A stretch of 64,000 nt of DNA from Gemmatimonadota bacterium (GCA_965207805.1 OZ242312.1:2233204-2297203); one strand, 5' to 3'; shown: positions 27,521 through 37,609, counted from the first letter of the stretch. Program-made: numbers and translations. Notes: generated by a model from the letters alone, not told the origin.

Positions 27521-28221
27521 CCCGGTGATCTTCCGGCGGGATACGCGGAGAGGACCCGGGTAAGGTCCGTCGCCGGAACGGCTCCCTCGCGCAGGACGTG
27601 GACCGCCTTGTCCGTCACTCGGACGAGGGTCGACGGCATCGAATCGGCAAGATCGCCCGCGTCGAGCCAACCCACCGTGCGCGCACCGGATCCGACCCCG
27701 GACAGCACGGCGCGCACCTCCGCGCCCGTCCTCGCCGGGGGTGTTCCCGTCACGTTCAGACTCGTGGAAGTCATCAGCCCTCCGGCCCGCTCGAGCAACC
27801 GTCTCACGACCGGATGCGGGTCGACGCGCACCGCAATGCCGGATTCGCTCCCGTCATCCAGCACCATGGTAAGCGGGCCCGGCCAGAAGGCATCGGCAAG
27901 CCAGCGCGCGGCGATCGTCCACCGCGCCCAGGGCAGCGCCTTCATGAGCGCATCGCGGCTCGCGGCGAGTCGGATCAGCGGCCCCGGCGGACGCCGCTTG
28001 ATCGCGGCGATCCGCGCGTCCACATCCGGCCATGGCCGGCCGCCCAGCCCATACACCGTCGAGGTCGGGTGCGCCACGACCCCCCGGGCGTCGAGCAGCG
28101 CCGCCGCCCGGTCGAGCGCTTCGTCGTCCGTCGCCAGCGCCCGGCCCGGCCCGGCTTCCCCCGCGGCGCCCCCCCACTCGCGCCACTTTATCACGTCGAA
28201 CCCCTTCTCGCCCCCGTCCAT
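27517..28221 (-). CDS. tsaC: L-threonylcarbamoyladenylate synthase (YrdC/Sua5 family)
   Basis: Region ...VVAHPTSTVYGLGG...SLNVTGTPPA... Confidence 0.8.
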   Translation of the reverse strand: MDGGEKGFDVIKWREWGGAAGEAGPGRALATDDEALDRAAALLDARGVVAHPTSTVYGLGGRPWPDVDARIAAIKRRPPGPLIRLAASRDALMKALPWARWTIAARWLADAFWPGPLTMVLDDGSESGIAVRVDPHPVVRRLLERAGGLMTSTSLNVTGTPPARTGAEVRAVLSGVGSGARTVGWLDAGDLADSMPSTLVRVTDKAVHVLREGAVPATDLTRVLSAYPAGRSPG

Positions 28222-28225
28222 GACA

Positions 28226-28954
28226 CTAGCTCCCCAAAGCGATCAACCCGCTCTCAACCATGGCGCGCGCGAGCGCCAGGTCGCTCGCCGTCGTGATCTT
28301 CAGGTTCGCCGGATCGCCCTCCACGGTGGAGACGTCGATGCCGAGCCGCTCGCACAGCAGCGCGTCGTCCGTCATTGCGGCGGCGTCCTGCGCTTCCCAT
28401 GCGCCGGCATCGTCGAGCGCGTGCGTACGGTTCAGAACTTCGGCCGGAAACCCCTGTGGCGTCTGTACGCGGCGGAGTCGCTCACGCGGCACGGTCGCCT
28501 CGATCCAACCTCCCTCATCCACCCGCTTCACCGTGTCCTCCACGGCTATCACCGGCACCGCCGGGCCGTTCCGGGCCCCATCCACGACGCGGGAAACGAG
28601 TTCGGCCGACATGAACGGACGCGCCCCATCATGCACGAGCACCGTCTCGACCTGCCCCCCCAGCGCCGCAGCGCCGGCGCGCACGGAATCGGCTCGAAAC
28701 ACTCCGCCCGACACGACGAGAACCCCATCCGGAAGCCACGGCGGGGGCGAGGCCGCCCGCTGCGGCGACAGCACGACGACGACCCGGTCGATGTCGGCAT
28801 GGTTCACGAGCGTCCGTACCGACCAGGCGAGCACCGGAATACCGCAGAGGTCGACGAACTGCTTGGGCCGCGACGCACCGAAGCGATGCCCCTGCCCCGC
28901 CGCGACGACGACGGCGCCGACGCCGCGGGGGGCCGCCGGCTCTCCGGCCCGCAC
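28226..28954 (-). CDS. ispD: 2-C-methyl-D-erythritol 4-phosphate cytidylyltransferase
   Basis: Region VVVAAGQGHRFG...PKQF...VLVHDGARPF...QTPQGF. Confidence 0.85.
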   Translation of the reverse strand: MRAGEPAAPRGVGAVVVAAGQGHRFGASRPKQFVDLCGIPVLAWSVRTLVNHADIDRVVVVLSPQRAASPPPWLPDGVLVVSGGVFRADSVRAGAAALGGQVETVLVHDGARPFMSAELVSRVVDGARNGPAVPVIAVEDTVKRVDEGGWIEATVPRERLRRVQTPQGFPAEVLNRTHALDDAGAWEAQDAAAMTDDALLCERLGIDVSTVEGDPANLKITTASDLALARAMVESGLIALGS

Positions 28955-30339
28955 TAGTCGGGTTCCGGACGGCGGCTCACGGATTCAAACGCCGTGAAGG
29001 CCTTGTGGAAGTAGAGTTCGACGGTTCCCGTGGGCCCGTTGCGCTGTTTGCCCACGATGAGTTCGGCCTTCCCGGCCAATCCCCGTTCCTCCACTTCTTC
29101 CGGCTTGCGGTGCATCTCCTCACGGAAGATGAAGAGGACGACGTCCGCATCCTGTTCGATCGCTCCGGACTCGCGCAGATCGGAGAGCCGCGGCCGATTC
29201 CCTTCGCGCTGTTCAGGCGCCCTCGAGAGCTGGGAGAGCGCGAGGAGCGGCACGCCGACCTCCTTCGCGATCGCCTTCAGCGACCGGGAGATCGCGCTGA
29301 TTTCCTGCTGGCGGTTCTCGACCCGCGCTCCGCCGGACATCAGCTGCAGGTAGTCGAGCACGACGAGCCCGACGCCGACTTCGGCGTGGAGACGCCGCAC
29401 CTTGGCACGGAGTTCGATGGGCGAGATCGCGGGCGTATCGTCGATCCAGATCGGGGCCGTGTTCAGGTGTCCAGCTCCGCTCGCCAGGCGCGTGAAGTCG
29501 TCGGATGACAACCGTCCCGTACGGATACGGCTCGAATCCACCTTGGACTCCGCGCTCAGCATCCGCTGGACGAGCGACTCTCTCGACATTTCGAGCGAAA
29601 AGATCGCCACGGGAACGTCCTCGCCGATCGCCGTATGCTGGGCGATGTTCAGCGCGAGGGCCGTCTTGCCCATCGAAGGACGCCCGGCGAGGACGATCAG
29701 GTCGGCCGGCTGGAACCCCGCTGTCATCCGGTCGAGATCGGGGAAGCCGGACGCGACGCCGGTGATCGAACCCGGGTTCCGCACGAGCTCGTCGATCCGG
29801 TCCATCGTCGAGCGCAGGACTTCCTTGATGCGGACGAAGGTTCCGCGCTGCTCCGCCTGCGAGATCTCGAAGATCCTCTGCTCCGCGCGGTCGAGCGTCT
29901 CGTCGACGTCGCCCGACCCCGTTTCGTAGGCGTCCTGGATGATCTCGGTGGCGCTCGAGATAAGCCGCCGGAGCACCGTCTTGTCGCGCAGAATTCGGCA
30001 GTGGTGGCCGACGTTGGCCGCGGTGGGCACCGCGTCCACGAGTCTCGCGAGGTAGGCCATCCCCCCCACGGCGTCGAGTTCCGCGGCCGTCTGCAGTTCG
30101 TCCGCCAGCGTGACGGCGTCGATCACGTCGCCGCGCCCGTACAGGCGCACCATCGCGCGGAAGATCCGGCGGTTGCCTTCCCGGTGGAAGGCGGAATCGT
30201 CGATCTGTTCGAGGGTGACGGCCACGGCGTCGCCGTCGATGAGCATCGCCCCGAGAACCGAGATCTCGGCCTCCTCGGACCACGGCGTGCGCCGGGCTTC
30301 GATCCCGTCGCTGGGGAGGCTGATCGCCGTGTCAACCAC
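28954..30339 (-). CDS. dnaB: replicative DNA helicase DnaB
   Basis: Walker A GRPSMGKTA, Walker B VVLDYLQLM, and ...ALSQLSR...GAIEQDADVVLFI. GTG start with conserved N-terminus; the longer ORF N-terminus is Arg/Cys-rich junk. No intein. Confidence 0.9.
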   Translation of the reverse strand: MVDTAISLPSDGIEARRTPWSEEAEISVLGAMLIDGDAVAVTLEQIDDSAFHREGNRRIFRAMVRLYGRGDVIDAVTLADELQTAAELDAVGGMAYLARLVDAVPTAANVGHHCRILRDKTVLRRLISSATEIIQDAYETGSGDVDETLDRAEQRIFEISQAEQRGTFVRIKEVLRSTMDRIDELVRNPGSITGVASGFPDLDRMTAGFQPADLIVLAGRPSMGKTALALNIAQHTAIGEDVPVAIFSLEMSRESLVQRMLSAESKVDSSRIRTGRLSSDDFTRLASGAGHLNTAPIWIDDTPAISPIELRAKVRRLHAEVGVGLVVLDYLQLMSGGARVENRQQEISAISRSLKAIAKEVGVPLLALSQLSRAPEQREGNRPRLSDLRESGAIEQDADVVLFIFREEMHRKPEEVEERGLAGKAELIVGKQRNGPTGTVELYFHKAFTAFESVSRRPEPD

Positions 30340-31144
30340 TGCGGGCCTCGCGATCTCCGACGCCGTCGAGCATGCGGCGCACGATCTGCAGATCCTCCCA
30401 CGTCGGCCGGATCCAGCCCGGGTTGCGGAGCAGCGCCGCCGGGTGATAGGTGGCGACGACGGGATACCCGGAATAGCGGTGCACGGTGCCGCGGAGCCGG
30501 CCCAGCGCGGATTTCGTCTCGAGCAGCGTGCGCGCCGCGAAGGCACCGAAGGCGATGATCACCTCGGGTTCGATGAGCGCGAGCTGCCGCAGAAGATAGG
30601 GGGAACAGGCCGCGACCTCTTCGGGGAGCGGGTCGCGGTTCCGGGGCGGCCGGGACTTCAAGACGTTGCAGATGTAGACGGACGTCCGCGGTAGCCCGAT
30701 CGACAGCAGCAGTCGGTCGAGCAGCCGGCCGGCACGGCCGACGAAGGGGCGACCGGTCTCGTCCTCGCGCGCCCCGGGCGCCTCCCCCACGCACACGACG
30801 CGGGCGTCCGCCGCCCCCTCGCCGAAGACCGGGTTCTTCCGCGATTCGTGGAGCGTGCAGCGAGCGCAGGAGGCGACGAGCGCGGCCAGCGTCTCCAGAT
30901 CCGGCGCCTCGGCGATCTGCGGCCCCGTCACGATCTCCGGCTCCTTCGGCGCGGGATCCGGGCTCGGGGCCGCGTCCGGCAGGGCGGCGGCGTCCGCTCG
31001 CCCCGCGCGTCCGGCGGAGGCCAGACCGCGGACGACCTCTTCGCGGGTGGCGTGCTCGAGCATAAGCCCGTTCCCCTCCGCGGAGAGCGTCTGCTCGAGA
31101 AAGGCGCGGGCGAGCGTCCGGGCCCCGACGTCGGGCGGCTTCAC
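30332..31144 (-). CDS. uracil-DNA glycosylase, family 4 (4Fe-4S)
   Basis: Motifs GEAPGAREDETGRPFVG and HPAALLRNP, with a cysteine cluster CARC...C. The ATG overlaps the coaBC stop. Confidence 0.8.
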   Translation of the reverse strand: MKPPDVGARTLARAFLEQTLSAEGNGLMLEHATREEVVRGLASAGRAGRADAAALPDAAPSPDPAPKEPEIVTGPQIAEAPDLETLAALVASCARCTLHESRKNPVFGEGAADARVVCVGEAPGAREDETGRPFVGRAGRLLDRLLLSIGLPRTSVYICNVLKSRPPRNRDPLPEEVAACSPYLLRQLALIEPEVIIAFGAFAARTLLETKSALGRLRGTVHRYSGYPVVATYHPAALLRNPGWIRPTWEDLQIVRRMLDGVGDREARSG

Positions 31145-32358
31145 CGCCCCGCCGCCGCCGGGATCGAGGCTTCGACCCGGTCGAGCAGCTCGTCCGCCAA
31201 CTCGGTCTTCTTCGCCAAAGGCAACTCCTCGATCCTGCCGTTCCGGTCGATCAACGTGATGCGGTTCGTATCGGACTCGAATCCCGCGCCGGGCTCCACG
31301 GCCGAGTTCACGGCGACGAGGTGCATGCCCTTCCGCTCGAGCTTCTCCCGTCCGCGGGTGAGAAGATCCTCCGTCTCGAGCGCAAAACCCAGAGTAAAGA
31401 TTCCCTTCCGTTCGCGGAACGCCCGCGTCTCCAAGAGCAGGTCCGGTCCCGCCCGGAGCGCGAGTTCGAACCCCTTCCCGGCCCCGCTCGTCTTCTTGAT
31501 TTTCGAGTCCGCCGCGCGGGCCGGCTCGAAATCGCCGACGGCCGCAGCCATCAGGAGGATGTCCGCATCGGTCAACGCCGTCTCCAGCGCGGCCAGCATC
31601 TCGCCGGCCGTCTCGACCTCCACCACGTCGGGCCCCGCGGGGCGCGGCACGCGACTGGGTCCGCTGATGAGCGTGACTTCGCCCCCGCGCCGCCAGGCGG
31701 CCTCGGCAAGCGCGAACCCCATGCGGCCCGAGGAGCGGTTCGTGATGAAGCGGACGGGATCGAGCGCGGCTCTCGTGGGCCCCGCTGTCGCGACGACCTT
31801 ATGTCCGCGCAGACCCGTCGCCGTTTCGAGCACCCGCCCGATGCGCGGCAGGATCTCTTCGGGCTCCAGCAGCCGGCCCGGCCCGCTTTCCCCCTCCGCG
31901 AGCGGACCATCGGCCGGCCCGGCGATCCCGTAGCCGACGTCGATCAGCCGCGCGACGTTCGCCTGCGTGATCGGATGCTCCCACATCCGCGTGTTCATCG
32001 CGGGACAGATGATCACCGGCGCCCGCGAGGCCAGCACGGCGGTCGTCGCCAGATCGTCCGCGGCGCCGACCGCCAGTCTGGAGATGAGGTTGGCCGTAGC
32101 GGGCGCGACGACGACGACATCGGCTTCGAGCCCGAGATCCAAATGCGCCATGGGCCGGTCCCACAGCGACGCGTGGACCGGGCGGCCCGTGATCCCCTCG
32201 AACGTGACGCGGCCGATGAAGCGCTCGGCCGACGCGGTCAGGATGACCTCGACCCCGGCCCCGGCCTCGATCAGGCGGCGGGTGAGGATCGCGCTCTTGT
32301 ACGCGGCAATCCCGCCGGATACGACGAGCAGCACGCAACGACCGTCGAAGGGCCGCAC
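31141..32358 (-). CDS. coaBC: bifunctional phosphopantothenoylcysteine decarboxylase/synthetase
   Basis: N-terminal flavoprotein region (LLVVSGGIAAYKS...PAMNTRMW) and C-terminal CoaB region (...ATAGPTRAALDPVRFITNRSSGRMG...AAAVGDF). Confidence 0.9.
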   Translation of the reverse strand: MRPFDGRCVLLVVSGGIAAYKSAILTRRLIEAGAGVEVILTASAERFIGRVTFEGITGRPVHASLWDRPMAHLDLGLEADVVVVAPATANLISRLAVGAADDLATTAVLASRAPVIICPAMNTRMWEHPITQANVARLIDVGYGIAGPADGPLAEGESGPGRLLEPEEILPRIGRVLETATGLRGHKVVATAGPTRAALDPVRFITNRSSGRMGFALAEAAWRRGGEVTLISGPSRVPRPAGPDVVEVETAGEMLAALETALTDADILLMAAAVGDFEPARAADSKIKKTSGAGKGFELALRAGPDLLLETRAFRERKGIFTLGFALETEDLLTRGREKLERKGMHLVAVNSAVEPGAGFESDTNRITLIDRNGRIEELPLAKKTELADELLDRVEASIPAAAGR

Positions 32359-32365
32359 GGAGCTG

Positions 32366-32587
32366 CTAGGGCATCAGGGTGGGGCGCGCCCGGACCAGCC
32401 GGTACTGCAGCTTCTTCTCTTCCGAGGTCAGCGCATCCGCGGCGACCGTCGTCAGCTTCTCCGCGCCATACGGCGAGCGTTCGAGCGGCAGCGCGTTGAG
32501 TTCGCGCGCATACTTCGCGGCGACGAGCACGCCCAGATACTTGTTGGTCGCCGCCTTCGCGACGGCGTCCGGCGTAAACACCTTCAT
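32366..32587 (-). CDS. rpoZ: DNA-directed RNA polymerase subunit omega
   Basis: MKVFTPDAVAKAATNKYLGVLVAAKYARELN... About 73 aa. Confidence 0.75.
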   Translation of the reverse strand: MKVFTPDAVAKAATNKYLGVLVAAKYARELNALPLERSPYGAEKLTTVAADALTSEEKKLQYRLVRARPTLMP

Positions 32588-32686
32588 TCTATTTCTCCCT
32601 CGACCATCGCGGTCCAGCACGTTCCATGACGTTCCGAGCCGCGGTCCCTCGCCGGACCGCGCCCGTTCAGGAATCTACCACATGCG

Positions 32687-33343
32687 TCAAACGGCATCCA
32701 ACTCCTTGATGATGCGTTTCACGTACCGCCAGTCCGCCGCGCCGAGGCAGCCGGCGGGCGCGAGTCCTTTCGCCACAAGCGCCGACACCTCGGCGACGGC
32801 GTCCTCGATCCGGTCATTGACGACGAGACGATCGAACTCCGCCGCGGCCTGCAGCTCCGATCGGGCGTTCACGAGCCGGCGCCGGAGTTGCTTCGGGCTC
32901 TCACTTCCCCGCCCCCGCAACTGCCGCGCGATCCGTTCCGCGGTGGGCGGGACGATGAAGATGGAGAGGACGTCCGCGACGGCCTCCCACACCTGCCGAG
33001 CCCCCTGCACGTCGATGTCCAGCAGGAGATGGGCGCCCGCGTCCCGCGCCCGGTCGAGGTTGTCGCGCGGCGTTCCGTAGCGTTCGCCGTGTACCGTCGC
33101 GCATTCGAGCATGGCCCCGGAGTCCACCAGCGCCTCGAACCGGTTCCGCGAGACGAAGCGGTAGTCCACCCCATCCCGCTCCCCCGCGCGCGGCGCCCTG
33201 GTCGTCATCGAAACCGAGAACAGGAATCCGGGGGAGCCGGCTTCGGCGAGCAACCGATCGCGGATCGTCGTCTTGCCCGCCCCGGAGGGTCCGGAAAGAA
33301 TGACGGGAAAGAGGGTGCGCGACCCGGCCGCCGCGGGACTCAC
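32687..33343 (-). CDS. gmk: guanylate kinase
   Basis: P-loop GPSGAGKTT and region ...SVSMTTRAPRAGERDGVDYRFV... Confidence 0.85.
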   Translation of the reverse strand: MSPAAAGSRTLFPVILSGPSGAGKTTIRDRLLAEAGSPGFLFSVSMTTRAPRAGERDGVDYRFVSRNRFEALVDSGAMLECATVHGERYGTPRDNLDRARDAGAHLLLDIDVQGARQVWEAVADVLSIFIVPPTAERIARQLRGRGSESPKQLRRRLVNARSELQAAAEFDRLVVNDRIEDAVAEVSALVAKGLAPAGCLGAADWRYVKRIIKELDAV

Positions 33344-34209
33344 TCGACGTTCTCCACCTGCTCCCGGAGCCGCTCGATCTCGTTCTTCGCCTCCACCACG
33401 AGTCTCGATATGCGGGAGTCGTTCGCCTTTGCGCCCAGCGTGTTGAATTCGCGCTGCAACTCCTGAACGAGAAAGCCGAGCCGGCGCCCCACCGGCTCGT
33501 CGGCCGGGGCCTCGAGGAACTCCTCGAAGGCTTCGACGTGCGAGCGGGCGCGCACGAGCTCCTCGCTGATCTCCCAGCGGTCCGCGATGAGGGCGATCTC
33601 GCGCAGCAGCCGGTCTTCATCCAGGCCCTTTCCGGCCAGGTCCTCGACCGCGTCCCGGAGGCGGCGGCGCTCGCGCGCAAGTCGTTCCGGCGCCAACGCC
33701 TCCGCGCCATCGATAGCGTTCCGCAGCCCCGCCAGCCGTCCCCTGAGGTCGACCTCGAGCCGACCCCCCTCCCGCGCCCGCATCTCCACCAGGAGGTCGA
33801 GCGCCTCCGCCGCCGCCTGCTTCACATCGTCCGTCTCCGGCACGAACTCCACGCCCTCGCCACCCGTTGTCCGGAAGATCCCGCCCACGCGCAGCAGCGA
33901 GGCCACGTCGGGTTCGCCGGACACCCCGAAGTCATCCCGCAGCCGTGCGCACGCGTCAAGCACTTCCCGCACGCGGGCCTCGTCCAGGCTCGCGCCTCCC
34001 GCGTCCGGCGTGCCCTCCACCCGGACGAACAGATCCAGGCGGCCGCGGCGGGCCCGGGATTCCGCCAAGGCGCGCAGCTCGCTTTCCCAGCGCTCCCTCC
34101 CGGGGGGTGCCTTCACCACGACCTTCAGCCCCCGGGAATTCACCGAGCGTGCTTCCACCGTGACCGCCCCGCCTTCCCGCGTCACGGTCGCCGAGCCGTA
34201 GCCGGTCAT
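33340..34209 (-). CDS. yicC: YicC-family endoribonuclease
   Basis: MTGYGSA...SVNSRGL... and a C-terminal DUF1732-like region ...EISEELVRARSHVEAFEEFL...LGFLVQELQREFNTLGAKAND. Confidence 0.8.
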   Translation of the reverse strand: MTGYGSATVTREGGAVTVEARSVNSRGLKVVVKAPPGRERWESELRALAESRARRGRLDLFVRVEGTPDAGGASLDEARVREVLDACARLRDDFGVSGEPDVASLLRVGGIFRTTGGEGVEFVPETDDVKQAAAEALDLLVEMRAREGGRLEVDLRGRLAGLRNAIDGAEALAPERLARERRRLRDAVEDLAGKGLDEDRLLREIALIADRWEISEELVRARSHVEAFEEFLEAPADEPVGRRLGFLVQELQREFNTLGAKANDSRISRLVVEAKNEIERLREQVENVE

Positions 34210-34270
34210 GCTGCGAATCACTTCGACATCTCCCCGCGCGGCGCCCGGTCGATCAGCGGCCCCGGGCCGA

Positions 34271-36130
34271 TCAATTGAAGAACTCCCAGCGAAGACCGAA
34301 CACATTGAGCTGCCGGGGGAACCGCGCCCCCTGAAAATCTCCGAGTTGGTTGGCGCCCAGGTTGCCGAAACGCCAGAAGAACCGAAAGTCGGCGATCTTG
34401 AACATCAGGTGTCCGCCCATCCAGCTGTCGGCATCCAGCATCACCGGATCGGGCGAGCCGGGAACCGGGACCAGCCGCGCCCCGCGTCGATCGATGAACA
34501 CGGACACCCAGATCCGGAGGTTCTCATCGAAGAAGGTATCGGACAGGTATAGCTCCGTGCGGAACAGGCGGTCGGGAAGGAAGAGGGTCTCGGCGCCCCG
34601 GGAGTCGAACTTCCGCCACGAAGCACGCAGGCGGATCGGCTCCACTCCCCGGAGCAGTACGCCGAGGGGCACGACCGGCCCGTCGAAGCGCACTTCAAGC
34701 GACGTGATATCCACCTCCCCGGAGTCCGCCACGACGAGCCGATCGAAGGGGGCGCCGAAGCCGACCTGCCGATCCATCCACTGCTCCGAGTAGCGTCCGG
34801 CGAGGTTGAACGGCCCGACCTGGAGGGCCGCCGAGGCGCCGCGGGAGTCGAACCGCACGCTGTCCGCGAGCGGGAATTCCGATGTCTCGAGACTGTCGAG
34901 CATGGGATGCAGAGGAAAGCCGACGCCCCGGGTCCCCTCTGAGGTGAACGCCCTTAATTCGATCGGAAACAGGAGCGTCTCCCGGAAGGCCGCCCCCGCC
35001 CGCCAGGACTTCGTCGGAAACTCGTTCCAGCTCGCGAGTTCCGCCCCGCCCTCGAGCGCGAAGGGGCCGATGGGCTGCCAGGCGGAGAGATCCGCGATGC
35101 GCGAGGCGTAGGCGTCGCGCCCGGCGAAGCGGAGGCCCATCGAGATCCCTCCCGACCCCGGCTGCGCCGAGAACCGCAGGCCGACGCCATCCGCCCCCCG
35201 CTTGGGCGCAAGGCTGTCCGGGACGCCGGTGCCGAGATCCTTGAAGCTCGTGGCCTGCCCGTAGGCTTCGATCTGGGCCCGCTGCCCGAGGTTGGCCCGC
35301 GTCCGGGCCACGAATTCCCGACGCGTGAGTTCCAGCGTGTCGAGCCCGGTGCGTTCGATGTTCTCGGAACGGTACTCGAACTGAACCCCGAAATCGTTCG
35401 AGCGCGGCATCCACGAGAAGCGGCCCTGGACGGCGAACCGGTTCTGGTCGTTCTGCCGGTCCCGGACGTCGTAGCGCTCGAAGGAGGCTTCCACGTTGGA
35501 CGCGCCGCCCAGCGAGTTGGCGAAGACGGCGTCGAGGATCTCGGAGCGCGGGTCTCCGGTCAATCCGCTCACGCGCGAGTAAGCCTGGACGCCGTCGTGG
35601 CGGATGAGGTCCACATCGATGACGAGGCCGTCCGCGCCGCGATACACGCGTACCCGGTCGACGTAGTTCAGCGACACGCGCCGGAGGTCCGCCTGCGCGC
35701 GGGAGAGGGAGAGGACTTCGCGGCCGTCGATGTAGAGGGTCGCGAACCCCGGCCCGAAGCCGCCGTCGAAGACGTGGTGCGGCCCCTGGTAGAACTCGCC
35801 GCGAACACCCGTGATTCCCGGCACGTGCTCGAGGAGGAGTTCGATGAGGGTGAACGAGGGCGACGCGTGCACGCACTCCCGGTCGCAGTCGAATATCTCG
35901 TGCGTCGGGCCGCGCAGACCTGTCAGCCGCCCCGGAAAACTCTGCGCCCGCTGCCGCACGCTGTCGGCGAACGCGGCGAGGACCGAGTCGGGCACGACCT
36001 CCAGGCTGTCCGCGACCGGCGGCTCAGGCGGCTCCTGGGCATGCGCCGCGGAGACGCCCCCGACCGTGAGCAGCAGCGCGCCCATCAGCCCGCGGCGAAA
36101 CCCTGCGCCGCGGACGGAGATCTTCTTCAC
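34271..36130 (-). CDS. TonB-dependent-receptor-like outer membrane protein (plug plus short beta-barrel, 619 aa)
   Basis: Signal peptide VKKISVRGAGFRRGLMGALLLTVGGVSAAHAQ and a plug-like region SFTLIELLLEHVPGITGVRG...GFATLYIDGREV. It is beta-strand rich and ends with an aromatic C-terminus (...LRWEFFN). The GTG start overlaps the pepA stop; an ATG 15 codons in is the alternative. Confidence 0.6.
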   Translation of the reverse strand: MKKISVRGAGFRRGLMGALLLTVGGVSAAHAQEPPEPPVADSLEVVPDSVLAAFADSVRQRAQSFPGRLTGLRGPTHEIFDCDRECVHASPSFTLIELLLEHVPGITGVRGEFYQGPHHVFDGGFGPGFATLYIDGREVLSLSRAQADLRRVSLNYVDRVRVYRGADGLVIDVDLIRHDGVQAYSRVSGLTGDPRSEILDAVFANSLGGASNVEASFERYDVRDRQNDQNRFAVQGRFSWMPRSNDFGVQFEYRSENIERTGLDTLELTRREFVARTRANLGQRAQIEAYGQATSFKDLGTGVPDSLAPKRGADGVGLRFSAQPGSGGISMGLRFAGRDAYASRIADLSAWQPIGPFALEGGAELASWNEFPTKSWRAGAAFRETLLFPIELRAFTSEGTRGVGFPLHPMLDSLETSEFPLADSVRFDSRGASAALQVGPFNLAGRYSEQWMDRQVGFGAPFDRLVVADSGEVDITSLEVRFDGPVVPLGVLLRGVEPIRLRASWRKFDSRGAETLFLPDRLFRTELYLSDTFFDENLRIWVSVFIDRRGARLVPVPGSPDPVMLDADSWMGGHLMFKIADFRFFWRFGNLGANQLGDFQGARFPRQLNVFGLRWEFFN

Positions 36131-37578
36131 CCTGGCTCGCGGACGCGCAGCCACTCGTGGACCAGGCGGACCCCGACCCCGGTGGCGCCCTTCGGCTGCC
36201 AGCCGCGCGCCTCCTTCGCCCACGCCGTGCCCGCGATGTCGAGGTGGGCCCAGGGCACGTCGTCCGACACGAACTCGCGCAGGAACCAGCCCGCGGTGAT
36301 CGTGCCCGCGCCTCGGCCGCCGATGTTCTTGATGTCCGCGATGTCGGAGTCGAGCTGCGCCCGGTACGCCTTCCACAGCGGCAGGGGCCACGTCCGCTCC
36401 CCCGTCGCTTCGCCGGCCTCCGACAGCTCGTCCGCGATCCCGCGGTCGTTCGCGAGCACCGCCACGGCGTGATGGCCGAGCGCAATGACGCAGGCCCCGG
36501 TCAGCGTGGCCATATCGACGATCGCCACCGGATCCAGCCGCTGCGCGTAGGTCAGAGCGTCCGACAGGATGAGGCGGCCCTCCGCGTCCGTGTTGATGAC
36601 CTCGATCGACTTGCCCGACAGTCCACGGATCACGTCTCCCGGCTTCACGGCATCCCCCGCCGGGAGATTCTCCGTCGCGGGCACGAGGCCGACCACGCGC
36701 TGCGGGATCTCGAGGCGCGCCGCCGCGATCATGACCCCGAACACGGCGGCGGCGCCCGCCATGTCGTACTTCATGTCCTCCATGCCCGAGGCGGGTTTGA
36801 GCGAGATCCCTCCCGCATCGAAGGTCACGCCCTTGCCGACGACGACGAAGGGGTCGCCACCCGATCCCTCGTGCTCCATCTCGATGAAGCGCGGCTCTTC
36901 GACGGACCCGCGGGCCACGGTGAGGAGGCCCCCGAACCCTTCCTCCTCCAGCCGCTTACGGTCGCGCACCTCAACCCGGAAGCCATGTTTGTCCGCCAGC
37001 CGCTCCGCCTCCGCGGCGAGGTAGCGCGGCGTCGCCACGTTGCCCGGCAGCGTCACGAGTTCGCGCGTCGCGTTCTGCGCCTCGGCGAGCACGCAGCCCC
37101 GCCGCACCGCGGCTTCGGCCTCAGGGCCGGCCTTGCCCCCTGCGATGAGGACCCGCTCTTCCGGCGCTACGGTGCGGCCCTCCGCGTCGCGGAGCCCGTC
37201 GTACCGCCAGTCCCCGAGCGCGAGCCCCTCGGCGGACGCCTGCCACGCCGCGCCGTCGGCCATCTCCGGCACGCGGAACCCGACGGACCCGAGGCCGCGT
37301 GCGCGAGCCGCTCTGACCCCTGCCCCCGCCGCCCGCCGGCACGATTCGGCCATCGGCCTCGCTCCGGCGTCGAGCCGAACGACGAAGACATCCGGGGCGT
37401 CCACAGCCCCGAGGCGCGCCCATCCCGACACCTCCCCGGAGCGCCCATGGCCCTCCAGCCACGCCGTCGCCGGGCCTTCCCACCACTCACCCGTCGCGTC
37501 CGCGTCGTCGAACCACGGGACCACGAGAGCCTCCAGTTCCCGTTCGACAGGTATCCCCGAGCGTATCTCCACCGACAC
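36127..37578 (-). CDS. pepA: leucyl aminopeptidase (M17)
   Basis: Region VGKGVTFDAGGISLKP...NTDAEGRL... Confidence 0.85.
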   Translation of the reverse strand: MSVEIRSGIPVERELEALVVPWFDDADATGEWWEGPATAWLEGHGRSGEVSGWARLGAVDAPDVFVVRLDAGARPMAESCRRAAGAGVRAARARGLGSVGFRVPEMADGAAWQASAEGLALGDWRYDGLRDAEGRTVAPEERVLIAGGKAGPEAEAAVRRGCVLAEAQNATRELVTLPGNVATPRYLAAEAERLADKHGFRVEVRDRKRLEEEGFGGLLTVARGSVEEPRFIEMEHEGSGGDPFVVVGKGVTFDAGGISLKPASGMEDMKYDMAGAAAVFGVMIAAARLEIPQRVVGLVPATENLPAGDAVKPGDVIRGLSGKSIEVINTDAEGRLILSDALTYAQRLDPVAIVDMATLTGACVIALGHHAVAVLANDRGIADELSEAGEATGERTWPLPLWKAYRAQLDSDIADIKNIGGRGAGTITAGWFLREFVSDDVPWAHLDIAGTAWAKEARGWQPKGATGVGVRLVHEWLRVREPG

Positions 37579-37609
37579 CTTCCTTGTCTCGACCCTTGTC
37601 TCAACGAAA

